A stretch of DNA of 64,000 bases, from positions 1,732 to 65,731 of IMG/VR virus record IMGVR_UViG_3300034520_000068; one strand, 5' to 3'. A program made the translations under genes and the position numbers. Position 1 is the first letter of the stretch. Each line of letters opens with the position of its first letter. Positions 26,896 through 35,305 of this stretch are shown here, piece after piece. A model generated the notes under the pieces. It was not told where the DNA came from and did no database searches. It was given only the letters and a program-made list of their open reading frames with translations. This stretch comes from a virus (lineage: Duplodnaviria > Caudoviricetes).

Positions 26896-27172
26896 GGATG
26901 GTTTTTCATAGCTATATAGGGGCAAATATAGCTATATAGGAAATCAGCGATACGGTAAGCATAGAGGATGCAAATTTTAGTCTACCTGCGTACGGCCAGC
27001 CGGGGGGAAACTCGGCAGAGGTGCAGGGTAAGTCCGAAGAGTGCCTGTGACACAACGGTCGTACGCGAAGGGATTGCAACAACTTTAATTTTTCTCTAGC
27101 ACTGTTAGTGCTAGAAACTTTTAGCCTACCTAGCTAGGGGAGAAGGGCCCGGAGTAAAATCCGGGCTTTTTC
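26896..27172 (+). ncRNA. Candidate ~275 nt structured small RNA
   Basis: Own promoter and terminator (GCCCGGA/TCCGGGC-TTTTT); stem GCGTACGGCC/GGTCGTACGC; no ORF with RBS. Confidence 0.55.
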
Positions 27173-27249
27173 TCGTTTTTATGCAAGGTTATACAGCCAT
27201 CGTACAGCCAACAAGAAGCCTGAAAAAGCCATAACATAAAGCCGAACCA

Positions 27250-27298
<49 letters not shown>

Positions 27299-27404
27299 GA
27301 AAAAACCGCTTGTCCGTAAGGATAAGCGTTTTTATTACTTTTCTGAAAATTTTTCTGGATGGCGGAAATTTAGGGCGGTAGCCAACACACAGCCAACACG
27401 AAAA

Positions 27405-28448
27405 TTAGATAAGATTGATATTCTTTCTCAATTCTTCAATATCGGTATGAGTATAGATATTGGCTGTTGTAGCATAGTCGCTATGACCAATTAACTTTTG
27501 GATAAATACGGTCTCGGCTCCTGCATTTGAAAGCAAAGTTGCAAAAGTATGGCGGCAACAATGAGGATTTAATTTTCTTATTTCCAATTTTTCCAATGTC
27601 GGATAATAAATATATTTTCTATAGTAATCTGCACTCATTTTTTTGCCATTTTTTTTGCATATAATTGTTTCTCCGTTTTGTTTATATCTTGCCTCAATAT
27701 ATTTAAATATCTTTGGATGTATGGGTATAATCCGATTTTTGCCTGCATCAGTTTTTATCCCGCCAGTAATAAGTTGTTTTTCTAAATCTATATTAAATTT
27801 AGTTAACGTCAACATTTCCGTTATCCGCATGCCAGTATAAATCATTATTAATATTGTATCTACCCATTCTATTTTATCTACATTATCCAGCATTTTTTGT
27901 ATTTCAAGGTCTGTAAAAATATCTTTTTCGTTTTTATCAAAAGAAGGCATTTCTATTAAAGTTGCATAGTTTTTATTTACAATATCATTAGCGATTGCAT
28001 AAGAATATAAACTTGTAGCCAATGCTTTTATTTTAGTTAATGTCGATTGACTTTTTTTGTTTTTATAACATTCTGTAATAATATCTTGTAATTGTGCGGT
28101 CCTAATATCTTTTACCTTTATATTTTCGTATTTAGACAAATATTTCCACGCTGCTTTATAATTATTTATTGTATCTTTTGAAATATATTCATATTTACTG
28201 CTAGACCATTCTTTATACAAATCCCCGAGTGTAATATTTGCCTTTGGCGATATCGGTTCTTTGCGATTCATCGCCAGTGCATCCATAGCCTCCTGCCTGG
28301 TTTCAAAATAACCTATTATTTGACGCTGTTGTTTCCCATCTGGTGTCCATCCTGTCGTTATTCGGGCAACCCACGGCCTTCTCCTTCTGCCATTGAGCCG
28401 ATAAGTAGCACCATATCCATTCGGATTCCGCATCTGCTTTCTTTTCAA
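27405..28448 (-). CDS. int: Phage integrase (tyrosine recombinase)
   Basis: N-terminal RNPNGYG arm-binding segment; TGMRITE, KTDAG, HCCRH, GHSDY.TT.NIY. Confidence 0.95.
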   Translation of the reverse strand: MKRKQMRNPNGYGATYRLNGRRRRPWVARITTGWTPDGKQQRQIIGYFETRQEAMDALAMNRKEPISPKANITLGDLYKEWSSSKYEYISKDTINNYKAAWKYLSKYENIKVKDIRTAQLQDIITECYKNKKSQSTLTKIKALATSLYSYAIANDIVNKNYATLIEMPSFDKNEKDIFTDLEIQKMLDNVDKIEWVDTILIMIYTGMRITEMLTLTKFNIDLEKQLITGGIKTDAGKNRIIPIHPKIFKYIEARYKQNGETIICKKNGKKMSADYYRKYIYYPTLEKLEIRKLNPHCCRHTFATLLSNAGAETVFIQKLIGHSDYATTANIYTHTDIEELRKNINLI

Positions 28449-28813
28449 TTAAATTCCTCCTTTGTATATTTTAATTGAATATTTAAATAATAATCTGCAA
28501 ATTTATCCGCTTCTTGTTCGGAACTTTCATGCCGAATGTCCAGCCCCGGGGTAATAAAATAACTGCCCTGCGGCATGTCATATATAATATGTTTTATTTC
28601 ATGAAGTAGCGTTTTTATCTGTGTTTCGTGGTTTATATTATCATTGATAATTATTAGATAAGCTCCTGACGGGTCGGCGTAAACAAAGCCATAAATCGTT
28701 TTTAGACTTGCCGTAGCGACAGTTATGTTATAGCTTCGCAGTAAATCATAAAATTTAATATTATCTTCAAGGCAATCAATAAGGGATTGTTCCGTAAGAT
28801 GATGTTCCGTCAC
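28445..28813 (-). CDS. ImmA/IrrE-like metallopeptidase (anti-repressor)
   Basis: LLHEIKH (HExxH) and EQEADKFA; between integrase and repressor. Confidence 0.8.
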   Translation of the reverse strand: MTEHHLTEQSLIDCLEDNIKFYDLLRSYNITVATASLKTIYGFVYADPSGAYLIIINDNINHETQIKTLLHEIKHIIYDMPQGSYFITPGLDIRHESSEQEADKFADYYLNIQLKYTKEEFN

Positions 28814-28843
28814 GAGTCCATCCCCCTGCTAATAAAAATAATA

Positions 28844-29236
28844 TTAAATTTGTGTTGCGGCTTGTTCGTTTTTAAATCGTTTTATCAACATCAAAATAGT
28901 TTTTATATCTTCTTCGCCCAGCTCCTTCGCTTGTTTCATCATCAGGTTTAAATCCTCCCGCCTGCTAATTTCTTCCCAAAACTTCAATATTTCCGGGTTG
29001 TTTTTTATTACTTCCGTGATTTTTTCCGCCGGTGTTCTTATATTTGTATAACCAAGCAAATAATCAATACTGACATTGAAAAATTTGGCTATTTGTTTTA
29101 ATGTATCAGGGTCCGGTGTGCGCTGGTTTGTTTCATACATTCCTATTCTTCCCGGGGTTAGATTCAGCTTTTTTGCCAATTGCTTCTGCGTCAAGTGCAT
29201 TTCTTTCCTTAATTCTTTTATTCTTTCTCCAATTAT
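28844..29236 (-). CDS. CI/ImmR-like XRE repressor, probable ATA/ATT start
   Basis: IGERIKELRKE..LTQ.QLA..L......I..YE...R.P; GAGGTG RBS 7 nt before ATA; in-frame TGA upstream. Confidence 0.85.
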   Translation of the reverse strand: MIGERIKELRKEMHLTQKQLAKKLNLTPGRIGMYETNQRTPDPDTLKQIAKFFNVSIDYLLGYTNIRTPAEKITEVIKNNPEILKFWEEISRREDLNLMMKQAKELGEEDIKTILMLIKRFKNEQAATQI

Positions 29237-29565
29237 CTGACATCACCTCTCGATAATATTTTGCTTTGTTTTTCTTTAATTTATCACGGTATGTTATATT
29301 TATCAATACTTATCACGAAAAGAAAATATTTTTAAAAAAACTATTGACGATTTTAACGATATGTGATATATTCTTATCAGAACGTTGCGAAGGGGATGAT
29401 CAAAATTACAAAACGTGAAAAAGCGGAGGTGATATTTAAGGAATTAAATAAATACATACAAATCGATGCCAAATTTTAAGGAAATTTATTTAAAAGCAAT
29501 GGAAAGGGGGTTATGCAAGATAGAATTACAATTGAATAAAACTTAAGTGCTAAGGGGGTCTATTT

Positions 29566-29730
29566 ATGGAACTGGAATGGGTTCTCTGCCCGCTTTGCGG
29601 AACAAAATTATGTCGGAGGGACCCAGCAGTCAATGTAGAATTTACCGGAATTTACATTGACTGTAAAAAATGCAAGCAACGGATTGAAATAAAACCAGTG
29701 CCAGTACCAGTGCCAGTGCCGGTCACTTAG
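29566..29730 (+). CDS. Com-like / Cys-rich zinc-finger protein (not in ORF track)
   Basis: WVLCPLCGTKL...IDCKKCK..IEI, 54 aa, AAGGGGG RBS. Confidence 0.7.
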   Translation: MELEWVLCPLCGTKLCRRDPAVNVEFTGIYIDCKKCKQRIEIKPVPVPVPVPVT

Positions 29731-29800
29731 TGACTTTGAGTGCCAGTGCCTGTGTCAGTGCCAGTCTAACGTTTTATACGTTATGACTGGCTTTTTATTT
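29695..29800 (+). terminator. CCAGTG/AGTGCC repeats running into an intrinsic terminator
   Basis: About 8 hexamer copies; hairpin GCCAGTC-TAACGT/ACGTTA-GACTGGC-TTTTTATTT. Confidence 0.7.
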
Positions 29801-29823
29801 TGTCGGAACAAGGAGGGAAGTTT

Positions 29824-30027
29824 TTGAAAGCACTTAAAAAGTTGAGGAAATCTAGAAATATGACACAAAAAGAATTGGCTGATGCTTTAGGAGTTACGAT
29901 TAGCGCAATAGGTATGTGGGAAGTTGGTCTTAGAACGCCTAGACCAGAAATAGCGAAGAAAATTGCGGATTTTTTCGGGGTTACTATGGAAGAAGTTTAT
30001 TTTGGAGAGGTGCCCGAAAATGAATAA
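29824..30027 (+). CDS. Cro-like XRE HTH regulator
   Basis: LKKLRKSRNMTQKELADALGVT...WE.G.RTP; divergent from repressor. Confidence 0.85.
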   Translation: MKALKKLRKSRNMTQKELADALGVTISAIGMWEVGLRTPRPEIAKKIADFFGVTMEEVYFGEVPENE

Positions 30028-30763
30028 GTTGTTGTTAATTAAATCATCTAATTTTGGCAACGTGCAATGTGATTTTTGGGAAGATGATAACGGCGAAATA
30101 TTGATGACAAGAGAGCAAATCGGATTGGCTTTGGAATATACAGACCCAATGGTAGCAATAGGCAAAATTCATGACAGACACAAAGAAAGGCTAGAAAAAT
30201 ATTCATTTACCATTTTGGTAAACGGGAGAAACACATATTTTTATACGGCTAAAGGAGTATATGAAATATGTCGGTTCAGCCAGCAACCAAAAGCTGATGC
30301 GTTTATGGACTGGGTATGGGACGTAATTGAGTCTATTCGAAAAACCGGCACATACTCAATTCAACCAATTACACCCATACAGGCCCTCCAGCAGGCCGTA
30401 AATATCCTAGCTGAGCAAGAAAAACGGTTAAAAGCGGCAGAAGAAAAGATGCAAGTTCTCCAGTATCGGGTAGAAAACCTTGATGCAACCAACATCGACG
30501 GAGACCTTCAACAAAGGTTAAATAAATTAGTTCGTAAATATGCCTTCAAGAATGGCATCATGCACAATATAGCCTGGGAGCACTTCAAGCAGGCTTACAA
30601 CACAGCCTATCGCACTAATCTAGAATTGCTTATAAACAATTACTCTGAACGGGAAGGAGTTAAAAAGCTTACAATACCGCAGTATTTAGCCGTAACCGGT
30701 AAACTGGAAGATGCTTTAAGAGTAGCCGACAAAATGATTAATGGTATGGTTCGGGAGGCGTAA
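30020..30763 (+). CDS. BRO-N domain antirepressor
   Basis: GVYEICRFS.QPKA..F.DWVWDVIESIRKTG.Y. Confidence 0.85.
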   Translation: MNKLLLIKSSNFGNVQCDFWEDDNGEILMTREQIGLALEYTDPMVAIGKIHDRHKERLEKYSFTILVNGRNTYFYTAKGVYEICRFSQQPKADAFMDWVWDVIESIRKTGTYSIQPITPIQALQQAVNILAEQEKRLKAAEEKMQVLQYRVENLDATNIDGDLQQRLNKLVRKYAFKNGIMHNIAWEHFKQAYNTAYRTNLELLINNYSEREGVKKLTIPQYLAVTGKLEDALRVADKMINGMVREA

Positions 30764-30766
30764 TTT

Positions 30767-30967
30767 ATGATTGCACAAGGGCTAAAACAAAAACTTACCG
30801 TTGTAGAAGCCGCTAAAATAATGGGAGTTACCCCACAGTTCCTGAGATTAGGCTTGCAACAACATCGTTTTCCATTTGGAGAAGCGGTAAAGATGAAAAG
30901 ATGGAGTTATTACATTAATGCAGAGAAATTCCAAAGATGGATGAAGGGAGGGGTAATTGATGTATAA
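30767..30967 (+). CDS. Excisionase-like HTH protein
   Basis: LTV.EAAKIMG..PQF.R.GLQ....PFG.A. Confidence 0.7.
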   Translation: MIAQGLKQKLTVVEAAKIMGVTPQFLRLGLQQHRFPFGEAVKMKRWSYYINAEKFQRWMKGGVIDV

Positions 30968-31119
30968 CTGGCTCATCCAAAAATGCCGTGAAAGCAACAC
31001 ATTGGCGTGGATACTTACCGGTTTTGGGATAGCCATAATGATTATCATTGCGCTTATATAGTGGTGGTGGGAAAGTGCACAGTATGTAAATTAAGCGCAA
31101 TCAGGAGGTGTAAAACCAA

Positions 31120-31536
31120 ATGTATTTTTATTTAATAAAGCGTGGGCCAAAACCAGATTATCACAGAGCACCATACCACCCAGTGATTATAACACCAAAG
31201 AGGAAAGTGGCTAAATGGGAAGCTGGAAGCACCGAGAATAGAGCATGGATTTGGGTGGGAGACGCAGAAGGTGGTTGGTTATTAGTTCGTTGGAATGGTT
31301 TTGACATTGATTACGGACATACGGTTCACTTAATCAGAATGCCAGATGGTACGGAAGCTAAATTTTATCATAATCGTAATGCAGAACCATGGACACTTTT
31401 AAAAGGCGCAATATGGTGGGATACAAAAGAAATACCAAAACGGTTACTAGACTTAGGGGTTGTAAATGCGCCAGATGAATGGACATTAGAACATATTAAG
31501 CGGACATTGAATGCAGTAAAAGAATTAAGATTATAA
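31120..31536 (+). CDS. Hypothetical protein
   Basis: GGAGG RBS, 138 aa. Confidence 0.65.
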   Translation: MYFYLIKRGPKPDYHRAPYHPVIITPKRKVAKWEAGSTENRAWIWVGDAEGGWLLVRWNGFDIDYGHTVHLIRMPDGTEAKFYHNRNAEPWTLLKGAIWWDTKEIPKRLLDLGVVNAPDEWTLEHIKRTLNAVKELRL

Positions 31537-31573
31537 TTACACATTCCAAAGATAAAGCGAAGGAGGGGGAGAT

Positions 31574-31942
31574 ATGGAAAATCTGGTTGAGCAGCTCAAA
31601 TCCTTCTTAGAATACACAAAATCAAGCTTCGGGAGATATGCCGCAAAAGCAGCACTAAATTTTCTGGCTGAAGAAAAAGTCCTGCAAGAGCTTACGGAAC
31701 ATGAAGTATATGCAATTTTAGAACACAAAATATGGCGCAAGGACTTCCCGAGGCTGAAAAGAGTTTGGCCGGTCACATTATCGGCATATGATTTCAATTG
31801 TCCATATTGCAAAAACAAAATATGGGGCAATGTAAGATTCGTCACCGTAGTAAAAGAAACGCCAGATATAGACTTAATCCTGCTTGTCTGTAAATGCGGC
31901 ACAGCTTTCCGCAAATACGAAGATAAGCGGGAAGAAATATAG
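31574..31942 (+). CDS. Hypothetical protein with zinc ribbon
   Basis: CPYC...CKCG. Confidence 0.65.
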   Translation: MENLVEQLKSFLEYTKSSFGRYAAKAALNFLAEEKVLQELTEHEVYAILEHKIWRKDFPRLKRVWPVTLSAYDFNCPYCKNKIWGNVRFVTVVKETPDIDLILLVCKCGTAFRKYEDKREEI

Positions 31943-32122
31943 GAAGGAGGGATAGGCATGATATACGATGCTACGGCAGGATATATCGAAACACCGGACG
32001 GCCCCGGCAAGTTCGTGGAATTCGACGGTGTTCATGGGACCGTGACGGTGGAGATGGACCACAGGCATTTGGTTATTTATCCGGCAGAGTTATGTTATAT
32101 CAATCCGAAGGAGGCGTGAATA

Positions 32123-32467
32123 ATGGAAATCAATACTAATGAACTAATGCTCAATGCCATAGTCAAGGAAACTGCCGCAAAGGTGGTTAATAGCCTGGAT
32201 GAAAATGTAAGAAAGCAATTAATCGTCAACGCAATAGCAAAAATTTTAGAAGATATAGAAATTAAATATGATGTAAGACAAATGATGCTTAACGATGCTA
32301 AGGCCATAGCACAGGAATATATCAAACTCCCGGAAGTACAAAAACAAATGAAGCAAAAAGTTATCGAGGCCGCAAATGAGGTAATGGATGGGCTGGCGCA
32401 GGCGATAGCAAGAGGTATGCAGAACACTATCAAAAGCGAATATAATAATTGGCTTAAGGAAGATTAG
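32123..32467 (+). CDS. Hypothetical helical protein
   Basis: GGAGG RBS, 114 aa. Confidence 0.65.
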   Translation: MEINTNELMLNAIVKETAAKVVNSLDENVRKQLIVNAIAKILEDIEIKYDVRQMMLNDAKAIAQEYIKLPEVQKQMKQKVIEAANEVMDGLAQAIARGMQNTIKSEYNNWLKED

Positions 32468-32741
32468 GGGGATTAGAAAGCCCATGGATAATAAACTGCC
32501 AAAATATAAAACATATTGTATCCCTATAGATTTAAGAAATAGAAGCCAAAAGCATATTCATTTTTTCGGCTGCGTATGTGAATTTGCCGAAGAGTGCGAT
32601 ATAACACTCAAGGAATTTTTAGATGGCAAGAAATGTAAAGCCAGTTCTTGCCCACAAAAATAAAAAAGCCGTTTAAACGGCATTAAAAAATCCACTAACA
32701 AAAGAATATCACAAATTCACAAGAAAGGCAAGTGAGTGAAT

Positions 32742-32912
32742 GTGAAGGGGGATATATGGCTCAGTTGTATTCAATGTGGTGTCGGATTCTTGTTTTCCGT
32801 CGGAGAGCAGAAATATTACAAAATACATGGGTTTGAGGAACCGAAGCGATGCCCGGCTTGTCGGAAAAAGAAAAGGAGGCTTAACTGTGGACCCGATATT
32901 AATGGCGGTTGA
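32742..32912 (+). CDS. Zinc-ribbon domain protein (not in ORF track)
   Basis: CIQCG..F.FS.GEQ.YY...GF.EPKRCP.CR. Confidence 0.7.
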   Translation: MKGDIWLSCIQCGVGFLFSVGEQKYYKIHGFEEPKRCPACRKKKRRLNCGPDINGG

Positions 32913-33258
32913 ACATCAAAAATTATACAGCAAAATCCCGTCTTTTCAATGCAAGCCCGGATGTACCGATTGTTGTGGTCCGGTGCCCTTCTCAAAATGG
33001 GAATGGGACCGGATAGCGGATAAAAGAAAACCGACGGAGGAACAGGAGAAAATCCTTATCTGCCCGTATGCCGTCGGTGGCAAATGCGAGATATATGACA
33101 AACGACCGCTTATATGCCGGTTGTTTGGTGCGGTGGATGACCCCTTAATGACCTGCCCTCACGGATGTGGGCCGAAGAAGAAGCTGACAAAGGCACAGGG
33201 AGCGGAAATCAGGGCGGAATATATCGAACTGATGAAAAAATGTGCGGAGGCAAAATAA
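32887..33258 (+). CDS. YkgJ-family Cys-cluster protein
   Basis: C..GC..CC, CPY....C.IY..RPLICR.FG. Confidence 0.8.
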   Translation: MDPILMAVEHQKLYSKIPSFQCKPGCTDCCGPVPFSKWEWDRIADKRKPTEEQEKILICPYAVGGKCEIYDKRPLICRLFGAVDDPLMTCPHGCGPKKKLTKAQGAEIRAEYIELMKKCAEAK

Positions 33259-33260
33259 GT

Positions 33261-33452
33261 ATGAGCACACAAAATAATTCAAGCGGCGGAATTGGTTTTA
33301 CAGGATTGTTATCGATTGCCTTTATCGTTTTAAAACTATGTGGCGTTATAAAATGGTCGTGGTTTTGGGTTTTGTCACCGCTATGGATTCCGTTGGCCTT
33401 TGTAACAATTATCGCAATCATTATGGTATTGCTAGAAGAAGGAGGTATGTAA
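33261..33452 (+). CDS. Small membrane protein
   Basis: GGIGF.GLL.I.FIVLKL.GVI.WSW.WVLSPLWI. Confidence 0.75.
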   Translation: MSTQNNSSGGIGFTGLLSIAFIVLKLCGVIKWSWFWVLSPLWIPLAFVTIIAIIMVLLEEGGM

Positions 33453-33456
33453 ATTT

Positions 33457-33732
33457 ATGGACGGCATTTGGATACGGACGCAAGACAGAAAAGGCTTAAT
33501 ATATGCCCAAAGAATCGCTATTGAATCCTTCAAAGAATGGAAAAGCGAGGAATTCAAATATCGGATTGTCAACCAAGTCTTATATCAAGATGTAGCAAAC
33601 GATTATGACCTGCTTGGCGTATACGATACGGAGGAACGAGCAATAGAAGTTTTAGATTCGATACAGAACATAATAATGGCACATATTCTGGGAGATATGA
33701 TAAATCCAGTTTTTGAAATGCCTAAAGCGTGA
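33457..33732 (+). CDS. Hypothetical phage protein
   Basis: WIRTQD..., LG.Y.TEERA.EVLD.I, FEMP. Confidence 0.7.
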   Translation: MDGIWIRTQDRKGLIYAQRIAIESFKEWKSEEFKYRIVNQVLYQDVANDYDLLGVYDTEERAIEVLDSIQNIIMAHILGDMINPVFEMPKA

Positions 33733-33770
33733 ATTGATGCCTTTTAAAAAAACAAAAGGAGGCAAACCAT

Positions 33771-34082
33771 ATGATTCTGAAAGATATATTTGAAGTCCAG
33801 AAAAATCCGGAACTGAAAGCGGAATATGAAAAAACTTACAATGCGCTAAAGGAAAGATTCCCGCTAACTAAAATAGGCTTATTTGATTTAAAAGCTATCT
33901 TTGACAAATGCGAGGATGAACCTGGATATGCACATACAAAATATACCGGCAAAATCAAAGATTATATTGAAATTACTGAGCTGGAACTATCGATGATTTG
34001 TGACAATGGATATATGCATTTTGGCGGCAAAAGCGTAATAAGGCCGGATAAGACGTTTGAGGTTGTGATTTATACGGATTAA
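33771..34082 (+). CDS. Hypothetical protein
   Basis: GGAGG RBS, 103 aa. Confidence 0.65.
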   Translation: MILKDIFEVQKNPELKAEYEKTYNALKERFPLTKIGLFDLKAIFDKCEDEPGYAHTKYTGKIKDYIEITELELSMICDNGYMHFGGKSVIRPDKTFEVVIYTD

Positions 34083-34155
34083 GACGAAAAATATGTTTTA
34101 TCTATATAATCAGGCAATGCAATCAATAACCGAATAAAAAAAGGAGGCAAAACAG

Positions 34156-34437
34156 ATGACCAGTTTTGATGAGATTTTGACAAGAGAATTAGAGTGGAAA
34201 ATCAGAAGCAAAGTCCAACAGGATTTTAATGAGCTTATTGAGGCTTATCGTAAATTTATCCACAAATATGGCATGAATGGAACTGTAGCTGATTTTGAAA
34301 AGATAGAAGAATATACCCTAAAAAGCCTTCCCAAAAGAAACTTTGAAATGTTTCCCGAACTTGAAGAATATTTATTCAAGCAGGAAAGCCAAAAACTTAT
34401 TGATTCTCTGATGAAGAATGGGGAGGCGGGAAAGTAA
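34156..34437 (+). CDS. Hypothetical protein
   Basis: GGAGG RBS; stop overlaps start of next gene. Confidence 0.65.
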   Translation: MTSFDEILTRELEWKIRSKVQQDFNELIEAYRKFIHKYGMNGTVADFEKIEEYTLKSLPKRNFEMFPELEEYLFKQESQKLIDSLMKNGEAGK

Positions 34438-35075
34438 TGGCTAATAACGCTAAAGCATCAGAGCAAATAATTGTTATTCCTGCAATAAATATTAAAAAGT
34501 TTCAAATTACATTAGTTGGCGATAGTCCTCTAATAGTCCATAGATTTGACGAAAAATCAAAAAAACAGATTTTTGATAAACAGACGCAAAAAGCAAAATC
34601 GGGGAAAGAGCCAAAAATTCCAATGCGAGATTTTATTGAAAGTCTTTATTGGTTATCTGGCAAACCAAAAGAATATACAGAAGAAGCTTTTGAGCAGGCT
34701 ATTAAAGAAGGGGCAAGATTCGGATTTCCTGCGATTGCATTTAAGGCATCGGCAGTATCGGCTGGATATAGAGCAGGAGTAACTAAGGACAAGGTAACAA
34801 GCAATGGAGCGTTTCATATTGACGGTGAATTTGTTGAAATTAATGGTATTCCTCAAATGCGTGAAGATATGGTTCGCATTGGCATGGGGACGGCAGACAT
34901 TCGCTATCGTGGCGAGTTTAAGGAGTGGGAAGCTACATTCACAGTAAAATACAATGCAAGTGTTTTCAGTGCAGAGCAAATTATTAATCTTTTTAACCTT
35001 GGCGGTTTCGCTTGCGGCATTGGTGAATGGCGACCAGAAAAAGGCGGTAGTTATGGAATGTATCATGTGAAATAA
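34437..35075 (+). CDS. RAMP/Cas7-like RNA-binding protein (putative effector of GGY-NN array)
   Basis: ITLVGDSPLIVH first strand, FPAIAFKAS, R..EF..W, and C-terminal Gly-rich loop GGFACGIGEWRPEKGGSYGMYHV. Fold is inferred. Confidence 0.65.
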   Translation: MANNAKASEQIIVIPAINIKKFQITLVGDSPLIVHRFDEKSKKQIFDKQTQKAKSGKEPKIPMRDFIESLYWLSGKPKEYTEEAFEQAIKEGARFGFPAIAFKASAVSAGYRAGVTKDKVTSNGAFHIDGEFVEINGIPQMREDMVRIGMGTADIRYRGEFKEWEATFTVKYNASVFSAEQIINLFNLGGFACGIGEWRPEKGGSYGMYHVK

Positions 35076-35079
35076 ATTT

Positions 35080-35280
35080 GACAAGGCAGGCATGGTGAGG
35101 CCGGTCCAGGTTAGGCAAGGTGAGGCGCAGTAGGGCGAGGTTGGGCAGGGCAGGCAAGGCCAGTTGTGGTAGGCGGGGTGATGTTGGGTTAGGTTCGGTA
35201 TGGCAGGGCAGGCGAGGCAAGGCCTGGTATGGCCGGGCATGGCACGGCCGGGCATGGCACGGCAAGGCAGGGCATGGCAA
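35080..35280 (+). repeat. GGY-NN pentamer array, candidate guide ncRNA
   Basis: About 37 pentamers with constant GGC/GGT and variable dinucleotide, broken by GGCA/GGTA tetramers; lies between a stop codon and the next RBS. Confidence 0.9.
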
Positions 35281-35305
35281 GCATAAAAAAAGGAGGTGTA
35301 TATCA

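Noticed and set aside
26919-26975. c-di-GMP-I riboswitch (GGGCAAA...GGATGCAAA)
   Set aside because: The intervening GNRA-capped stem is missing and no gene lies downstream.
35080-35280. Array as a CRISPR locus
   Set aside because: No 25-45 nt repeats with unique spacers, and no cas1/cas2/cas6 in the window.
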